This document shows positions 61,508-64,000 of a DNA stretch of 64,000 nt, piece by piece. This stretch comes from an uncultured Nitrospirota bacterium (GTDB taxonomy: Bacteria > CG2-30-53-67). How positions within the stretch are numbered: the stretch's first letter is position 1; each line of letters opens with the position of its first letter. The DNA is taken from the NCBI GenBank assembly GCA_964483105.1, contig CAYZZU010000012.1:10275-74274 (forward strand), read 5' to 3'. The translations under genes and the position numbers were made by a program. The notes beneath the pieces were generated by a model. It did no database searches. It had not been told where the DNA came from and was given only the letters and a program-made list of their open reading frames with translations.

Positions 61508-62803
61508 TTACGATCTTTCTTTCTTGCCGGATCTTTTCATCTTTTCCTTCGGATATGGTTTTTCAGAGCGTCGTCTGGGTTTGGATCGTCTGCGGGAAGG
61601 GTGGGGCTTCGACCGTTTGCGGGGCGGGGCGGGTTGAATATCCCGGACGTAAAGGGATTCATCTGCCCATTGAGTCGGGATCGGATTTCCGATGAGCCGT
61701 TCAATCTCTTCCAGGGAGTAGACGTACTCCTCACAAGCCAGGCTGATCGCCTTCCCGGATGCGCCGGCGCGGGCCGTCCGACCGATCCGATGCACGTAGT
61801 CTTCCGCGTCCTGGGGTAGATCGTAGTTGATAACATGGGTCACCCCTTCGATATGAAGTCCCCGGGAGGCCACGTCGGTGGCCACGAGGATCGGCAGCGT
61901 TCCTTCCTTGAAGGCTTTCAGAATCTTTAACCGTTTCGGTTGAGGGATATCCCCTGTGATGTTCCGGGTCTTGTAGCCGTTCGCATTCAGCTTCCGGGTA
62001 ATCCGGTCGGCCACGACCTTGGTGTTGACGAAGATCAAGACCCGTTCTCCACCTTCCCGTTTCAGAAGCCCGAACAGGAGGGAGAGCTTTTCATCCTTTC
62101 CTACATGATAAAGTATCTGCTCTATATGCTCCGCGGTAATCTTTTCCCGTGATACGGAGAGCTTGACCGGGAGGTTCATGTGTTCGTATCCAAGCTCCAT
62201 AACGCGGTAAGAGAGGGTAGCGGAGAAGAGCATGGACTGTCTCTTGGAATAGTGGGGGAGTCTGCGAAAGAGGAAACGGATGTCCTTGATGAAGCCCATG
62301 TCGAACATTCGGTCGGCCTCATCAACCACCATGATCTGAACCGCCCGGAGGTTGAAGATCCGTTGCTTGAAGTAATCGATCAATCTTCCCGGAGTTCCGA
62401 TCAGGATATCCACACCCGCCTTCAGGCGATCCCGCTGCTTTTGATAGTCCACTCCTCCGTATACTGCGTGGACGGAAAAATCGGTAAACTGGCCGAGCAG
62501 TTTGGCCTCCTCGAAGATCTGGACGACCAGTTCGCGGGTCGGGGCGACAATCAGGACCCTCGGAGAAGACAACGTCCCTTTCTTCCGATCTTCCTCCAGA
62601 AGGCGGGTGAATATGGTGATCAGGAAGGCGGCCGTCTTTCCCGTACCGGTCTGGGCCTGGGCCGCGATGTCCTTCCCTTTGAGAGAGTGGGGAAAAACCT
62701 TCGCCTGAATGGGTGTGCATTGCGTAAATCCGGCTGCCTGGATCCCCTTTTGGACAGGTTCCGGGAGATCCAGCGAAGAAAAAAACACGGGATTGTTTTT
62801 CAT
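61508..62803 (-). CDS. rhlE: DEAD-box ATP-dependent RNA helicase (RhlE-like) with basic C-terminal tail
   Basis: Q-motif, AQTGTGKT, DEAD, SAT and HRIGRTAR motifs. Lys/Arg-rich C-terminus. Confidence 0.85.
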   Translation of the reverse strand: MKNNPVFFSSLDLPEPVQKGIQAAGFTQCTPIQAKVFPHSLKGKDIAAQAQTGTGKTAAFLITIFTRLLEEDRKKGTLSSPRVLIVAPTRELVVQIFEEAKLLGQFTDFSVHAVYGGVDYQKQRDRLKAGVDILIGTPGRLIDYFKQRIFNLRAVQIMVVDEADRMFDMGFIKDIRFLFRRLPHYSKRQSMLFSATLSYRVMELGYEHMNLPVKLSVSREKITAEHIEQILYHVGKDEKLSLLFGLLKREGGERVLIFVNTKVVADRITRKLNANGYKTRNITGDIPQPKRLKILKAFKEGTLPILVATDVASRGLHIEGVTHVINYDLPQDAEDYVHRIGRTARAGASGKAISLACEEYVYSLEEIERLIGNPIPTQWADESLYVRDIQPAPPRKRSKPHPSRRRSKPRRRSEKPYPKEKMKRSGKKERS

Positions 62804-62903
62804 TGGTTCCTATCCAATACAGTTGCTATCCGGGCCAAAACGTTTTATATTACGATCGGATGCAGTTGTCAAGGTGATAAGAAGGTTTTTCGGGTCGAAT
62901 CAA

Positions 62904-63326
62904 ATGGAATTACGTTCGGATGGTCATTGTTTTGTCTGCGGGGAAGAAAATCCGCAGGGTCTGCACGTGAATTTCAGTATCGATCAGCGGGAGAAGAGGA
63001 TCCACGCGACCTGTCGTATTCCACGAATCTACCAGGGATATGCGGGTATCGTGCATGGAGGGATCCTGGCCTTGCTCCTGGACGAGGCCGTGGCGAAACT
63101 GAGCTGGGAGCTGGGACTTCCCGCCGTGACCGGTGAGATCACCGTGCGCTACCCTTCTCCCCTGCACACCGATGAAGAAGTCCGGGTGCAAGGGCGACTT
63201 TTCCGAGTGGACAGGCGGATCATCCTGGCGGAGGCGCGGGCCGAAAAAGAGGATGGAACAGTTGTGGCCGAGGCGAAGGCCCGGCTTTTCCGGCAGAAAT
63301 TGTCCGATAACCGGTTTCCAGGTTGA
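62904..63326 (+). CDS. PaaI-family hotdog-fold thioesterase
   Basis: HGG motif (IVHGGILALLLDEA) of the PaaI/YbgC hotdog superfamily. Start taken at the ATG at 62904 within the longer ORF from 62709. Confidence 0.6.
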   Translation: MELRSDGHCFVCGEENPQGLHVNFSIDQREKRIHATCRIPRIYQGYAGIVHGGILALLLDEAVAKLSWELGLPAVTGEITVRYPSPLHTDEEVRVQGRLFRVDRRIILAEARAEKEDGTVVAEAKARLFRQKLSDNRFPG

Positions 63327-63477
63327 AGGGGCAGGTTTTTGCCTTTCCTCTGGAACAGGAAGGCGCCGGACGATATCCATCCCCGCATTGGTGTGGGAGC
63401 GGTATTCACGCATTGAGCATGAAGCACAATATATAGGGTTCCCAACACCTGAAGCACAATATGTGGATAAAATGCCG

Positions 63478-63586
63478 GATTCTCCAACCCCTTCAAAACA
63501 ATCGTCTTTTGGGAGCGATTTTCTTCAATATATGGTACTTGTTCACATCTTATATACAATATGTGGATAAGTTTTGACGACTTGAG
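63478..63586. promoter_or_regulatory. AT-rich region with two perfect DnaA-box 9-mers (TGTGGATAA = TTATCCACA rc) about 100 bp apart
   Basis: tgtggataa at 63478-63486 and 63578-63586, each embedded in an acaatatgtggataa repeat. A third partial copy gaagcacaatatat lies at 63446. The local sequence is AT-rich. Confidence 0.35.
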
Positions 63587-64000
63587 TGGATTCCCCTCCT
63601 TTTTCGGAGAGGAATTCCGTCGGGATTCTGCCTGTTCTTTTTTTTATTTCCGTCCGGGCTGAAGCATCTTTCCCCCTGTTATTTTGCCGCCTTCCTGCAC
63701 GGACTGCCCGCACTGTCCCATATCGAGACGGCCCGAAATCTCGATCCGGAGATTCAGGATATCTACTTTGCGACGGGGTTGTACAAGTACTTCCGGAGAA
63801 GGCGCCTCCTCTTCAGACTTTGGATGCCTTCCGGATTGGTCCGACCCGGACCGGCCAGATGCCTGCCGTGGGTCATTGGGATCATGGGGTCATTGGTGTC
63901 ACCCATTAAAGGTTTCGTCAAGTAAAAAAGCAGCTCTCCCGTAAAAAAGATTTTTGGTTCTTTTTGTTCTTATGGACATTTTGCATACGTACGAGACCGT

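Overview
This window reads as a GC-rich (~60%) Desulfobacterota-like (deltaproteobacterial) anaerobe chromosome. It opens with a 5'-truncated sulfate adenylyltransferase (sat). On the minus strand follows a Geobacter-type type IV pilus block in the order pilB-pilT-pilC-pilS-pilR, then lapA-lapB. Next come housekeeping genes (PDZ/radical-SAM DUF512, pgsA, DUF1634+TauE/SafE) and a complete Bat aerotolerance-type operon (moxR, DUF58, DUF4381, batA, batB, batC, batD, batE). A block of BPL_N-like protein, cbiA, tautomerase, mutY, a zinc-ribbon receiver protein, glutaredoxin and an MBL hydrolase follows. At about 30.0-37.3 kb lies a compact bacterial microcompartment (BMC) locus: an RpiR regulator, 2 BMC-T, 1 BMC-H, 3 BMC-P, a CoA-acylating aldehyde dehydrogenase, a PduS/RnfC-like flavo-FeS protein and a class II (fuculose-phosphate-type) aldolase. 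This is the most interesting system in the window. Immediately downstream is an unusual signalling module: a stand-alone CheR translationally coupled to a large histidine kinase with a C-terminal MEDS-like domain, a sigma-54 activator and a PEP-CTERM protein. The rest is a TPR lipoprotein, panC, maf, an NtrY/NtrX-like pair, NMO, NUDIX, glycerate kinase, the atpF'FHAGDC operon, a DEAD-box helicase, a PaaI thioesterase and a terminal AT-rich region carrying two perfect DnaA boxes. A ~100-bp GC-rich palindromic repeat occurs three times in intergenic regions. No rRNA, tRNA or CRISPR array could be supported by eye.
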